Below, piece by piece: positions 15,692 to 24,376 of a DNA stretch of 64,000 bases (position 1 is its first letter; each line of letters begins with the position of its first letter). Source of the DNA: a virus; IMG/VR virus record IMGVR_UViG_3300030419_008098, positions 1-64,000 of that record; one strand, 5' to 3'. Position numbers and translations under genes: made by a program. The notes below the pieces were generated by a model that saw only the letters and a list, made by a program, of their open reading frames with translations, had not been told where the DNA came from and did no database searches.

Positions 15692-16342
15692 TTAGAATTT
15701 TACACTAAGACCCAAGCCGACAACTGATTCATTCTCAATAGAATCAGAGTCTACATAGGCTACGGAAGCATTTACGCTAGAATTTTCGCTGAGAGATTTA
15801 CTCAAGGAAGCTCCCACCGTATAATAGTCGATGTTACTGCTAGTGGTAACATCGGTATTTCCATAAGACGCGCTCAAACCAAGAGTGGCAATTTCAAGAT
15901 CGAGATCATGAGATACGCCAAGTTCAATAGCATAGAGTGCATCCTCGGTGTCACGGGCAATACTTAAAGTAGGATTAAGCAGCGTATTCACCGAAAGATC
16001 CGCAGTTACGTCAAGGGTAGCAACTCCCGCAACGAACTCCGTATGCTCAAGCCCCACAGAAACCGAAAAAGTTTCGTTCAGAGCCCTAGAGAAAGCAGCA
16101 TCAATAATATAGGTATCCGTCCCACCCTCAATTGGTTGGTTGGTGAAGATTCCTACCGAGGAGTCGAGGCCGAGAGCCCTGAAGCCATAAGATGCGCTAG
16201 CTTGCACTGCCTCTTCTGACACAAGGGCTCCTTCGCGAAAATAATCAGATGTATATCCGATATTCGCTGAACCATTGCCTCCAGAGGCGACGTTAATAGA
16301 AAGTCCTAAAAGGACGGTTAGTATACTGAGTTTAGTTTTCAT
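15692..16342 (-). CDS. Outer-membrane beta-barrel protein (TorF/Gcw_chp-like porin)
   Basis: Signal peptide, YTSDYFREG motif, alternating beta strands, C-terminal Phe (GLSVKF). Confidence 0.75.
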   Translation of the reverse strand: MKTKLSILTVLLGLSINVASGGNGSANIGYTSDYFREGALVSEEAVQASASYGFRALGLDSSVGIFTNQPIEGGTDTYIIDAAFSRALNETFSVSVGLEHTEFVAGVATLDVTADLSVNTLLNPTLSIARDTEDALYAIELGVSHDLDLEIATLGLSASYGNTDVTTSSNIDYYTVGASLSKSLSENSSVNASVAYVDSDSIENESVVGLGLSVKF

Positions 16343-16364
16343 ATATAGTTATTGTTTATGAAAG

Positions 16365-16544
16365 TTATTCATCCCCTTTTTTGTTAGCAACATGCTCCCC
16401 CACATTACCAGCGGCATAAATGCCAAAAATCCACTTCACAAAATCTGCCCATTCAGGAAAAGTGGCAAGACTTGCAGCTAAAAGACCACTGGCAGACACG
16501 AAGCATATCCCGGCGCATAAGAGTTTTCTACTTTTAAAATTCAT
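16365..16544 (-). CDS. Small holin-like membrane protein (below ORF track cutoff)
   Basis: MNFKSRKLL...IFGIYAAGNVGEH, 59 aa, two TM segments. Confidence 0.5.
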   Translation of the reverse strand: MNFKSRKLLCAGICFVSASGLLAASLATFPEWADFVKWIFGIYAAGNVGEHVANKKGDE

Positions 16545-16545
16545 T

Positions 16546-17136
16546 TTATTTTATCCTGATTTCTTTCCAAGCCACATGTTTGTTTTTAATTAAATCTCTT
16601 ATATGTCTTTGTTTGGCATTGAGTTGGCTTTTGCCCATTTTTACTTCAATAAAGGTAATTTCCTCATCTGCAAAAGAGATATAATCTATAGGGCGGCCTA
16701 AAAAAATACAATTTTCGGGGTCAAAGGCAAACTGGTCAAGAAATGGGGCAAGAGTTTCGGCAACGTTTCCTAATCTTACTTCACTACTTTTCTTTTGAGA
16801 TACAACCTTTTTCCGGTTTTCAGTTTCTTGTTGTAAGCTTTTTTCTACTTCAGCAATATTTTTAAGAAGGTGAGCTTCCTGCTCCTTGAGCTGAGCTTCC
16901 TTTGCTTTAGTAGATTTCTGTTCTTCAGAGAGAGCGTCCTGTAATCCTAAAATAGTCCGATGGAGTTTGGATTCAAGGAGATCGTGAGAGTCTTTGTTTG
17001 TGTTAAGTTGATCCTTTAGGGAAGAGGTTTCTTTCTTAAGGGATGTAGCGTTAAGTTTTAAGTCTTTTAATCTGAATACTAGGATTAGTACACATATAAT
17101 AGTGGATCCCAGAGCAAATTCTAATAAAAATTCCAT
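16546..17136 (-). CDS. Holliday junction resolvase-like endonuclease with TM and coiled coil
   Basis: GNVAETLAPF, FLGRPIDYISF, FIEVKMG PD-(D/E)XK pattern. Confidence 0.8.
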   Translation of the reverse strand: MEFLLEFALGSTIICVLILVFRLKDLKLNATSLKKETSSLKDQLNTNKDSHDLLESKLHRTILGLQDALSEEQKSTKAKEAQLKEQEAHLLKNIAEVEKSLQQETENRKKVVSQKKSSEVRLGNVAETLAPFLDQFAFDPENCIFLGRPIDYISFADEEITFIEVKMGKSQLNAKQRHIRDLIKNKHVAWKEIRIK

Positions 17137-17153
17137 AAATACGCATAAAAAAA

Positions 17154-17414
17154 TTATTTCTTTGTAAGGGAAATAATCCTATCATGCCGGAAAGAACGAA
17201 CTTCGTCACGACCATAGCAATAAGCTTTGAACCCTACATTACGACGATTATCGTCTTTATTGCCGAAGGAACTAAATAAATCAATTTTCCCAATTTGATA
17301 AGTTTTAATTTTATCGTCGCTCCCGCGATATACTACATAGTAACGGGGGCTGTAAAAAGATTTACGAGCTAAACCGTTAAGTTTTTTGAGTTGATAATAT
17401 ATTTTCTTGAGCAT
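17154..17414 (-). CDS. Stand-alone WYL-like domain protein
   Basis: AYCYGRDEVRSFRHDRI matches the WYL C..R...R.FR.DRI signature. Confidence 0.65.
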   Translation of the reverse strand: MLKKIYYQLKKLNGLARKSFYSPRYYVVYRGSDDKIKTYQIGKIDLFSSFGNKDDNRRNVGFKAYCYGRDEVRSFRHDRIISLTKK

Positions 17415-17428
17415 CGTCTATAGTCCAC

Positions 17429-17683
17429 TTACTTCTCGTTTTTTTTAATATTTTTTTTGCGTTTTGGCGATAATGGGGCGGTGGGGTCAATCCCACGCGC
17501 ATCACAGTATCCCACACTATAACCTACTTTGAATTGAAATCTATCGATAAACAATATGGAAGCCATTATAGCATAAGGTTTCCATTGAGTCAACTCGAAA
17601 CTAGTAAAAAGTAAAAAAGTTACAATAATGAGGGGGCAAAATCGATTTAAACAATAATTAACTATAGCTTGGGTGTTATTCAT
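17429..17683 (-). CDS. Membrane protein
   Basis: 84 aa, hydrophobic. Confidence 0.55.
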   Translation of the reverse strand: MNNTQAIVNYCLNRFCPLIIVTFLLFTSFELTQWKPYAIMASILFIDRFQFKVGYSVGYCDARGIDPTAPLSPKRKKNIKKNEK

Positions 17684-18056
17684 CTTTTATCTGGGTTTGT
17701 AATTCTATATAAGAGGGAGGGTTAATGGAGGGGAGATTTAGAGAAGGTTCAGGCTTTAAAAAATAATCTATATCATCTTCTGGTGTGGAGGTAATTCCTT
17801 CTTTGATATTGAGTTTTTGAGCTTGAGTAAAAGTTTGGTGAAGCGCAGTTGGATCTTCGTTACTAGTAAATACATGCTTAAATAAAATTTTTACCCCCTT
17901 TTTTCCATACGGAATATGCAAACCCACGCAGGCTCCCTTTTTAATACGTTTAAAATTCCTGAGATCAAAAAAATTTTTTTCATCTCCCACATAAATTAAC
18001 CAATCGGGATTGATGTGAGAAAGAGTTTCCATATAACTGGAATTTAACTCTGACAT
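17676..18056 (-). CDS. Hypothetical protein
   Basis: 126 aa ORF. Confidence 0.6.
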   Translation of the reverse strand: MSELNSSYMETLSHINPDWLIYVGDEKNFFDLRNFKRIKKGACVGLHIPYGKKGVKILFKHVFTSNEDPTALHQTFTQAQKLNIKEGITSTPEDDIDYFLKPEPSLNLPSINPPSYIELQTQIKDE

Positions 18057-18487
18057 GATTCCACTCCAGCTTGCGCTAATAAATCTAACCCATCACGATT
18101 TCTATAAATTTCTCCATAAACTACTCGTTTTATACCGGCTTGAATAATTAATTTAGCGCACTCGATACACGGGGAAATAGTTATATAAGCTGTAGCTCCA
18201 ATACTGGATTGAGTAGATTTAGCGAGCTTCGTTATAGCATTACTTTCGGCATGTAAAACTTCAGGTTTAGTTGTTAGCTCCTCACCACCTTTTTGTATAG
18301 CAGTGAAGGAATTCCTCATCTCACAATTATTATTAAATCCACTAGGAGTACCGTTATACCCATCTGAAATAATAGCTCCATCTTTAACAATCAAACACCC
18401 AACCTTCTTCCTCTTCGCCGTAGACAAGAGGCTCCATGTGTGGGCCATCACAAGGTATGTCTTGTCTAGTTTTTCTTGAGAAGCCAT
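18044..18487 (-). CDS. dCMP deaminase
   Basis: VGCLIV, GYNGTPSG, HAESNAI, SPCIECAK. Confidence 0.93.
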   Translation of the reverse strand: MASQEKLDKTYLVMAHTWSLLSTAKRKKVGCLIVKDGAIISDGYNGTPSGFNNNCEMRNSFTAIQKGGEELTTKPEVLHAESNAITKLAKSTQSSIGATAYITISPCIECAKLIIQAGIKRVVYGEIYRNRDGLDLLAQAGVESCQS

Positions 18488-18768
18488 ATCTCATCACCCT
18501 TAATTTTAAGTTCGGGAGCCTCACAGTGTTGCGCTGCTTTAGGGGTTCGGTTTACCCATTTTTTAGCAAAACGATCAAACTCCTCCACGGCTACAACAGT
18601 TAATTTATTTCCCTCGATGTGTTCGCGACGGAAAGTGTGGGCAAGGTAGTCCAATGCCTCACTGGAGTGAAAAACATTATAATATTGAACGGTTTCCGTA
18701 ACCGCTCCATTAATTAAATACCTAATTCGATATTCGCAGGGAGAAGTATGTGTGGCTTTATTTTTCAT
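18466..18768 (-). CDS. Hypothetical protein
   Basis: 100 aa; TTGACT-17-TATCAT promoter upstream. Confidence 0.6.
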   Translation of the reverse strand: MKNKATHTSPCEYRIRYLINGAVTETVQYYNVFHSSEALDYLAHTFRREHIEGNKLTVVAVEEFDRFAKKWVNRTPKAAQHCEAPELKIKGDEIWLLKKN

Positions 18769-18802
18769 ACTGCGAGTATGATACCATAGACAAACACGAA
18801 AG

Positions 18803-19057
18803 TCAAGAACTAAAATTGCCGCTACTGAGAAGGTGAAAAGTAGGCGCGTCTTTTTGTAACGCCAGCACCCCCGCGCTCTTACTAATAAAAAACTCCCCCT
18901 CGGTGGGAGAACCCTCAGCTAACACGTACCAGTGGGGTGGATATAGGTTGGGGGCAACTCTCGCAATGTGAGCAAGGGCCTCCTTGTGGCCAGAAGCCTC
19001 TACCGTAGTTAAAGTAGAGACTAAAGCGGGCTGAATAACCTGAAAGGTGTACTCCAC
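18803..19057 (-). CDS. Hypothetical protein
   Basis: 84 aa, GTG start. Confidence 0.45.
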   Translation of the reverse strand: MEYTFQVIQPALVSTLTTVEASGHKEALAHIARVAPNLYPPHWYVLAEGSPTEGEFFISKSAGVLALQKDAPTFHLLSSGNFSS

Positions 19058-19064
19058 CTGAATA

Positions 19065-19316
19065 TTAAGAAGTTTTGATCTCAGGGATTTTTTTCACAGG
19101 GGCGTCCTCAACCTCCACGCAACTGAGAGGTAAAGACTGGATCTCTTTGGTTATATCCTGGGCAATTAACTTTATCACTTCATCATCACCGAGATCCACC
19201 TTAAGTTTTTGGTATTTCTTCAGGACAGAAGTGATTTCAGGACCGTAAAGAAATCCATCACGGCCAGTGGGGATAAGATAATTAGGCATTTTTTTTATTC
19301 CTTTATTTTTTTCCAA
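19065..19316 (-). CDS. Hypothetical protein
   Basis: 83 aa; likely start MPNYL. Confidence 0.55.
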   Translation of the reverse strand: MEKNKGIKKMPNYLIPTGRDGFLYGPEITSVLKKYQKLKVDLGDDEVIKLIAQDITKEIQSLPLSCVEVEDAPVKKIPEIKTS

Positions 19317-19801
19317 ATATGGGTGTCTTGTATTTGTAATAAATCGTTGGCTTGAATTTGGGTTATAGATTCTTTTTTGTTGGGGCGTCTGTACAACCTA
19401 TACTTAGCTTCCCAACTATCGTTTACAAAAGGTAAATCAAATCTAATTTTATTTAAAGTATTAATCCAGTGAACCAAGTTTTTTCTCTTAACTATTATAA
19501 AATCCTGTTTTCGTTCAAAAGCAATGAAATCAGCCTCTTGATAAATCCACCCAGGGCGCCCTGTTAAGTCCCTAAGCTCTATCCAGTGCCATTTGTTAGA
19601 GCAATTCTTCAGGGTTTTACAACACTTTAAATCAAGAGTTATGGTAGAAACTTGTTTTTTTGGGTTCAAACCACTCAACACTAGGTCAATATGAGAACGT
19701 TTTTCATTTTTAGTGGGACGACGAGTCTTATATTTGCGAGCTTTGGCTATATTCAAAAAGCTCTGAAAGCCGAAAGGCGGCGAAGATGGTGACGCAGGCA
19801 T
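19295..19801 (-). CDS. PD-(D/E)XK-like endonuclease
   Basis: HIDL...DLK...WIEL...GRPGWIY..ADFIAFE. Confidence 0.6.
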   Translation of the reverse strand: MPASPSSPPFGFQSFLNIAKARKYKTRRPTKNEKRSHIDLVLSGLNPKKQVSTITLDLKCCKTLKNCSNKWHWIELRDLTGRPGWIYQEADFIAFERKQDFIIVKRKNLVHWINTLNKIRFDLPFVNDSWEAKYRLYRRPNKKESITQIQANDLLQIQDTHIWKKIKE

Positions 19802-19804
19802 AAA

Positions 19805-20017
19805 CTAAAGGTGATTTAGTTTGTTACACAAATCCACGGCACGAGAAGCGCCTTTTTTTTCCAACCATACCCGACTTACCACCACGATCTCTTCCTCTGA
19901 GGGTAATAAATTAATTAACTCCTGTAAAGAGATGTCCGCGAAAGAGGTAGAGCCCTTTGGTCTTCCACTTCCTTTCTTTCGGAGCGACCCGTCTTTGTTA
20001 TAACTCTGAGATTTCAT
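19805..20017 (-). CDS. AT-hook-like DNA-binding protein
   Basis: RKKGSGRPKGSTSF. Confidence 0.65.
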   Translation of the reverse strand: MKSQSYNKDGSLRKKGSGRPKGSTSFADISLQELINLLPSEEEIVVVSRVWLEKKGASRAVDLCNKLNHL

Positions 20018-20208
20018 CGTTCTACTTTGTCTATTAATTCAATAGCAATGGTATGCAGCCATTTCTTGCTCACAGGAATTAAACAATCTTTACTTACAAA
20101 ACGCTCTAATTCCGACAGCTTTACTTGCGTGAAGGAAGTAGAGCCCTTAGGTCTACCGCTTCCTTTTTTGCGAGGTTTGCCATCTTTGTTATAACTGATA
20201 CGCGACAT
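20014..20208 (-). CDS. AT-hook-like DNA-binding protein (tandem paralog)
   Basis: SYNKDG..RKKGSGRPKGSTSF shared with adjacent gene. Confidence 0.65.
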   Translation of the reverse strand: MSRISYNKDGKPRKKGSGRPKGSTSFTQVKLSELERFVSKDCLIPVSKKWLHTIAIELIDKVER

Positions 20209-20255
20209 ACCTTATTATAGAAGAAAGAAAAATATCTTCTATTTTTTTTAAAAAA

Positions 20256-20447
20256 TTATTTAACTGTAGAGTTTAATTTTTTTTCCATAACGGGAGATAC
20301 AGCTAATATTGTAGGGGTATATCCCGACTCCCTAAGATTGGCTTCCAGCATCTCCACTGCCGTGGCTTTGTTAAGAGCACGGAGGTATTTAAAATGTGGC
20401 TGGCGGTCTGACTTAGTTAAGGAGTATTTGATTTTATAAGTCATCAA
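20256..20447 (-). CDS. Hypothetical protein
   Basis: 63 aa, GTGTA motif upstream. Confidence 0.55.
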   Translation of the reverse strand: MMTYKIKYSLTKSDRQPHFKYLRALNKATAVEMLEANLRESGYTPTILAVSPVMEKKLNSTVK

Positions 20448-20465
20448 GAGTCAATACACGAAATT

Positions 20466-20678
20466 TTAATAAATAGAAGCCGGATCTTGCGTTTTAATTA
20501 TTTCCACCTTCTTGGAGTCACGATCTCCCCATTTTCGGAGGCAGAACCGCAGCTTAGAGGCTCGACCTTCAGCCTCTTCATAAGTCCAATAATTATTCTC
20601 TTCAACGCGACGCCCATTACGAGTGACCACATAGAAGATATCATATTTTTGTCTACGTTTGCGCCGGCGCGTTGTCAT
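20466..20678 (-). CDS. Hypothetical protein
   Basis: 70 aa ORF. Confidence 0.6.
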   Translation of the reverse strand: MTTRRRKRRQKYDIFYVVTRNGRRVEENNYWTYEEAEGRASKLRFCLRKWGDRDSKKVEIIKTQDPASIY

Positions 20679-20985
20679 ATAAAGAACGAATTAAAGAGGT
20701 TAAACTTGAGGGATCTAATACACCCACCTGGGTATAGATAACTTGATTGTTGCGAATAAATTTAAAAGTGGGTACCCCGGTAATCATAAAACTTTGGGCT
20801 AAATCGGGACTCGCCTCTATATCCACCTTAAATATGGTGAGGTCGTCAAATAATGCCTCCATTTGGTCGAGTAAAGGAGCTATAGCCTTACAGGGGCCAC
20901 ACCACTCCGCAAAAAAATCCACTAACACCAAACCAGACTGGGAGGCTATTTCGTCGGAGAAATTTTCGGAGTTTAGTATTTTCAC
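20653..20985 (-). CDS. trxA: Thioredoxin
   Basis: VLVDFFAEWCGPCK, GVPTF. Confidence 0.95.
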   Translation of the reverse strand: MKILNSENFSDEIASQSGLVLVDFFAEWCGPCKAIAPLLDQMEALFDDLTIFKVDIEASPDLAQSFMITGVPTFKFIRNNQVIYTQVGVLDPSSLTSLIRSLYDNAPAQT

Positions 20986-21326
20986 GTCTCGGAGTTCAGG
21001 GATTCCATGAATTTAATAACCCCATTCGCGAACTTAATTTTTTGTTCTTGACCGGGGTAGGTGTCCTCATCTAGCCTCTCGTCTTTAATATGTATCCAAC
21101 CGGAAAATTTTTCATCCGTGGATTTCTCATGAAGATATTTTTCCTCATCATTAACCCATTTCCATTCAAACAATAACGAAAACTCGGTCATGTTCCCTTT
21201 AAAGTCAGTTCCGGCTTGGCGTTCATCAAGAAGCTCTTGATTGACGTTGGTGTACTCCACACCCTTCTTCACTCTCTCTTGGTCTTCTTTACTAAGATCA
21301 GATAAATTAGAATCTTCAGCGTTCAT
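20982..21326 (-). CDS. Hypothetical protein
   Basis: 114 aa acidic ORF. Confidence 0.6.
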   Translation of the reverse strand: MNAEDSNLSDLSKEDQERVKKGVEYTNVNQELLDERQAGTDFKGNMTEFSLLFEWKWVNDEEKYLHEKSTDEKFSGWIHIKDERLDEDTYPGQEQKIKFANGVIKFMESLNSET

Positions 21327-21907
21327 TTTTGATATAATGCATTAAATAAATTCACAGAGCGCTCACGGAGAGCTTTTTTACGGATGGATTCCGCCTCGGC
21401 CTCTTGTTGGGCTCTCTGCGCGGCGAGCTCATCTTCTTCCTTCATTTGCTCTAATTCTTCTTTTAGGGCACTCTTTGTTCCCATTATCTCATTTAATTGT
21501 TCTTGAAGGAGATCATGTTTGGCCTGTATGTCTACCCGCTCATCTAGCTCTTTTTCTAAGATAGAGATTTGGGCATTCAAGTGTTTTATCTCACCCATTA
21601 ACCCTTCCCGGTCTTCTTGGAGGTTCTCTAGTTCCGAACCTAGACTTTGATTGTTTGCTAGGAGACGTTTTTTATCGGCTTCCTTAGCTTCTCTTCGCGC
21701 TTGATCCTTTTCAATTTGATCTTGCGTTCCTTTGGCTACAATAAGAAACAAAATCTCTTGATCTTCATCAGTTTTAACTAGTTGCTCGGAATAATCTATA
21801 AGATCAAGCCATTGGGTTTTCTCTAACTCTACATACTGCTCACTCTCGGCAATCTCCTCAGGGAGGGCACTGCTAGTCACTAAAGCATATTGTAGATCTT
21901 TTTTCAT
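21323..21907 (-). CDS. Coiled-coil protein
   Basis: E/K/Q/L-rich heptads. Confidence 0.65.
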   Translation of the reverse strand: MKKDLQYALVTSSALPEEIAESEQYVELEKTQWLDLIDYSEQLVKTDEDQEILFLIVAKGTQDQIEKDQARREAKEADKKRLLANNQSLGSELENLQEDREGLMGEIKHLNAQISILEKELDERVDIQAKHDLLQEQLNEIMGTKSALKEELEQMKEEDELAAQRAQQEAEAESIRKKALRERSVNLFNALYQK

Positions 21908-22186
21908 TTATAAATCTACCAAGGGATCATTCGCACCCTTAGTATCGCTAGGAGACGCATCTAGATTGTCACGAGGACGATCTTCGAAAACTCTAAAATC
22001 AGGTTGACGATCATTTTCCTTGTAATTGTTTTTGAAAACTACCACAGAGATCTCACGCTCTTCACCTGAATCGGTTACTTTTATTTTTCCCGAAAGAAAA
22101 GTTTGGTTCTTGCCTTCGCGACGCCACAAGGCTCCAAGTTCGCGTTTCTTCCATTCACTCTGGGTTTCGTTATTTTTTTCGGACAT
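21908..22186 (-). CDS. DUF736-like putative ssDNA-binding protein
   Basis: ELGALW...FLSG...FKN...QPDFRV with acidic tail. Confidence 0.65.
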   Translation of the reverse strand: MSEKNNETQSEWKKRELGALWRREGKNQTFLSGKIKVTDSGEEREISVVVFKNNYKENDRQPDFRVFEDRPRDNLDASPSDTKGANDPLVDL

Positions 22187-22409
22187 TTTTAGTAGGGACT
22201 GATTTGTTTAGGCGACGCTCTGTTCTTAAAAGAGATTGAGAACCTTTACGCACTGAATATCTTAAAGCTTTATTGTGGGGATGTTTGGAGAGTAAACGCT
22301 CTTTCGCCAACTGCTTTTTTTGTTGGTGGTAAAAACGATTAGTTGTCGTGGCGCCACTTAAAAGACTAGTAACAAAACTGAAGAATAAAAATAAAAATAA
22401 AAGTTTCAT
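22170..22409 (-). CDS. Hypothetical secreted protein
   Basis: Signal peptide-like N-terminus. Confidence 0.45.
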   Translation of the reverse strand: MKLLFLFLFFSFVTSLLSGATTTNRFYHQQKKQLAKERLLSKHPHNKALRYSVRKGSQSLLRTERRLNKSVPTKNVRKK

Positions 22410-22410
22410 A

Positions 22411-22662
22411 TTAGAGAGATAGGTTATGAGAGATTGTGTCTAGGACTTGAGGGGTGACGAGATCGATGGCCGGCACCCCGAAAATATTTTTGATAAGATA
22501 GTAATATTGATGATGGCGAATAATGATTGTTGTTGCTTTATTGTAAAACTCTTCTCCATAATTTTCTATAAAAAGATCAGTTAAATTGTTAATTATATCT
22601 GCTGCCTCTGCACCAAAGTCAAAAGTATGCCCTACATCCTTATTGTCAACCAAAATAACCAT
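22411..22662 (-). CDS. Hypothetical protein
   Basis: 83 aa ORF. Confidence 0.55.
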   Translation of the reverse strand: MVILVDNKDVGHTFDFGAEAADIINNLTDLFIENYGEEFYNKATTIIIRHHQYYYLIKNIFGVPAIDLVTPQVLDTISHNLSL

Positions 22663-22831
22663 TAATCGCTACCAATGGAAACATCTATCCCACTAAACAC
22701 GGTACGATAAACAGCCGCAGTTAAGGCACCATACACTAAAAGACCCAACCCTTCGCCGTTGTCTGCGCCAAGGCACGTTACAACAAATAAGAGAATAAAA
22801 AAAGCTCCACCGATCTTTAATACTTTATTTT

Positions 22832-23806
22832 TCATAATGCCCTATATTTTACAGATTTATCCAAAGAAGTCAAGTCTTTTCCACCAGAATAACTTATGGA
22901 ACTTTGGAGGTCTTCTTCAATCTCCACGAGCTTGTCCTTAAAAGTGAGGCCACAAGAGGGAATGTTTTTGAGTGTTCCTTCAATATGAGTTTTAGTTTTT
23001 TTATTTTCAAAACTAGCGGAACCATAGTAGGCGCGATGCAAGGATCCTTCCACCATGATCGAGTGAGCAGCACTGTCTACACAACACGCAAAGATTCCTC
23101 CAGCCATAACAAAGTCCGCCCCCGCAACTAAAGCTTTAGCTATATCCCCATTACATTTTACTCCCCCATCTGCAATAATGGGAACACGGTGAGATTCACT
23201 AAAACCATCTCCGCTAAAAATACCAGAGCAATCTTGGATACAAGTAAACATAGGTAATGTGAAGCCAGTTTTATCCTTCGTAGTGCAGGGAGAGCCTTGA
23301 CCAATTCCCACTTTTACTATATCGGCACCCCACTTAGCAAGATCCGCAACCCCTTGCGGGGTAGCCACATTCCCTGCGATAATTTTCGTCTCAGGAAGGT
23401 TGGTCTTGCAGCACTCTAGCATAGACCTCATGAGGTCTAGATGACCATGTGCAATGTCAATAGTTAGAAAATCAACACGGGCTCCCGAAGCTCTAAGGTT
23501 GGAGAGGATTTGCTTATCAACAGACTTTACTCCCAAACTGGCGGAAATAATGGGCCACGATTCGCGATTAGCATCTTCTATAAATCTTTGAATATCTATA
23601 TCAAACCTATGCATGATATAAAAATAGTGATTGTGACTCAACCATTTACATTGATCTGTATTCACCACAGCCTTCATATTTGCAGGAACAACCGGAAGAC
23701 GAAAGGGGTGGCCGCAGAGGATCGCTTCAGTACTACACTCACTGCGTGTAGCGCAATTATTGTAGCGCGGCAACAGACACACGTCGGAATATTTTAAAGC
23801 CCTCAT
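22832..23806 (-). CDS. guaC: GMP reductase
   Basis: PVVPANM, IDIAHGH, IAGNVAT, KVGIGQGSPCTTKDKTG, IIADGG; start at TAATG overlap 23806. Confidence 0.9.
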   Translation of the reverse strand: MRALKYSDVCLLPRYNNCATRSECSTEAILCGHPFRLPVVPANMKAVVNTDQCKWLSHNHYFYIMHRFDIDIQRFIEDANRESWPIISASLGVKSVDKQILSNLRASGARVDFLTIDIAHGHLDLMRSMLECCKTNLPETKIIAGNVATPQGVADLAKWGADIVKVGIGQGSPCTTKDKTGFTLPMFTCIQDCSGIFSGDGFSESHRVPIIADGGVKCNGDIAKALVAGADFVMAGGIFACCVDSAAHSIMVEGSLHRAYYGSASFENKKTKTHIEGTLKNIPSCGLTFKDKLVEIEEDLQSSISYSGGKDLTSLDKSVKYRAL

Positions 23807-24351
23807 TAGCGAAACTCTTTGCGTAATAACCGCCAACGATCTGAATCAATTTCTTTATCACCTTCATCGATGGCTTGAAGCATAGAAATTATTTCATCCA
23901 CATTATTATAAATATATTTATGTGGAAACATACCTAACATCCATAAAGGAGTTTTAGATTTGCCGCCCTCCATGCTAACAAATACAGGTTTTTTCATTCT
24001 AACTGCCGTTACTATTTCTTCAGCAGAGCCCCAACTAGCCACGTCAGGCACCAAGTGGGCAATTATAAAATCAGAACGATCCACTAAGTTAAGATCATAG
24101 GCTCGAACCATTTTCATACGATCCGTTACTCGATCATATTGCTTAGTTTGCATCCATACCTCCATCTGCTCTCGCGTTTCCTCATCCTCTTCTACGTCTT
24201 TAAGGAAAGGCTTCTTGTAAGGATTAAAACAGGTTACCCCGAGGGGTGTAAGTTTCTCCGTGACGTGAGAGCGCCAATCTCTACCTTCTACATATTGCAT
24301 ATGACCCACAAGATAGGTTTTTGTTTTATAGAGAAGATTCATATCCTGCAT
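23806..24351 (-). CDS. Nucleoside 2-deoxyribosyltransferase-like protein
   Basis: YLVGHM, DWR, FNP, DLNLVDRSD, GSAEE, KPV. Confidence 0.7.
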   Translation of the reverse strand: MQDMNLLYKTKTYLVGHMQYVEGRDWRSHVTEKLTPLGVTCFNPYKKPFLKDVEEDEETREQMEVWMQTKQYDRVTDRMKMVRAYDLNLVDRSDFIIAHLVPDVASWGSAEEIVTAVRMKKPVFVSMEGGKSKTPLWMLGMFPHKYIYNNVDEIISMLQAIDEGDKEIDSDRWRLLRKEFR

Positions 24352-24376
24352 AGGATACCATACTCTGACACAAAAG

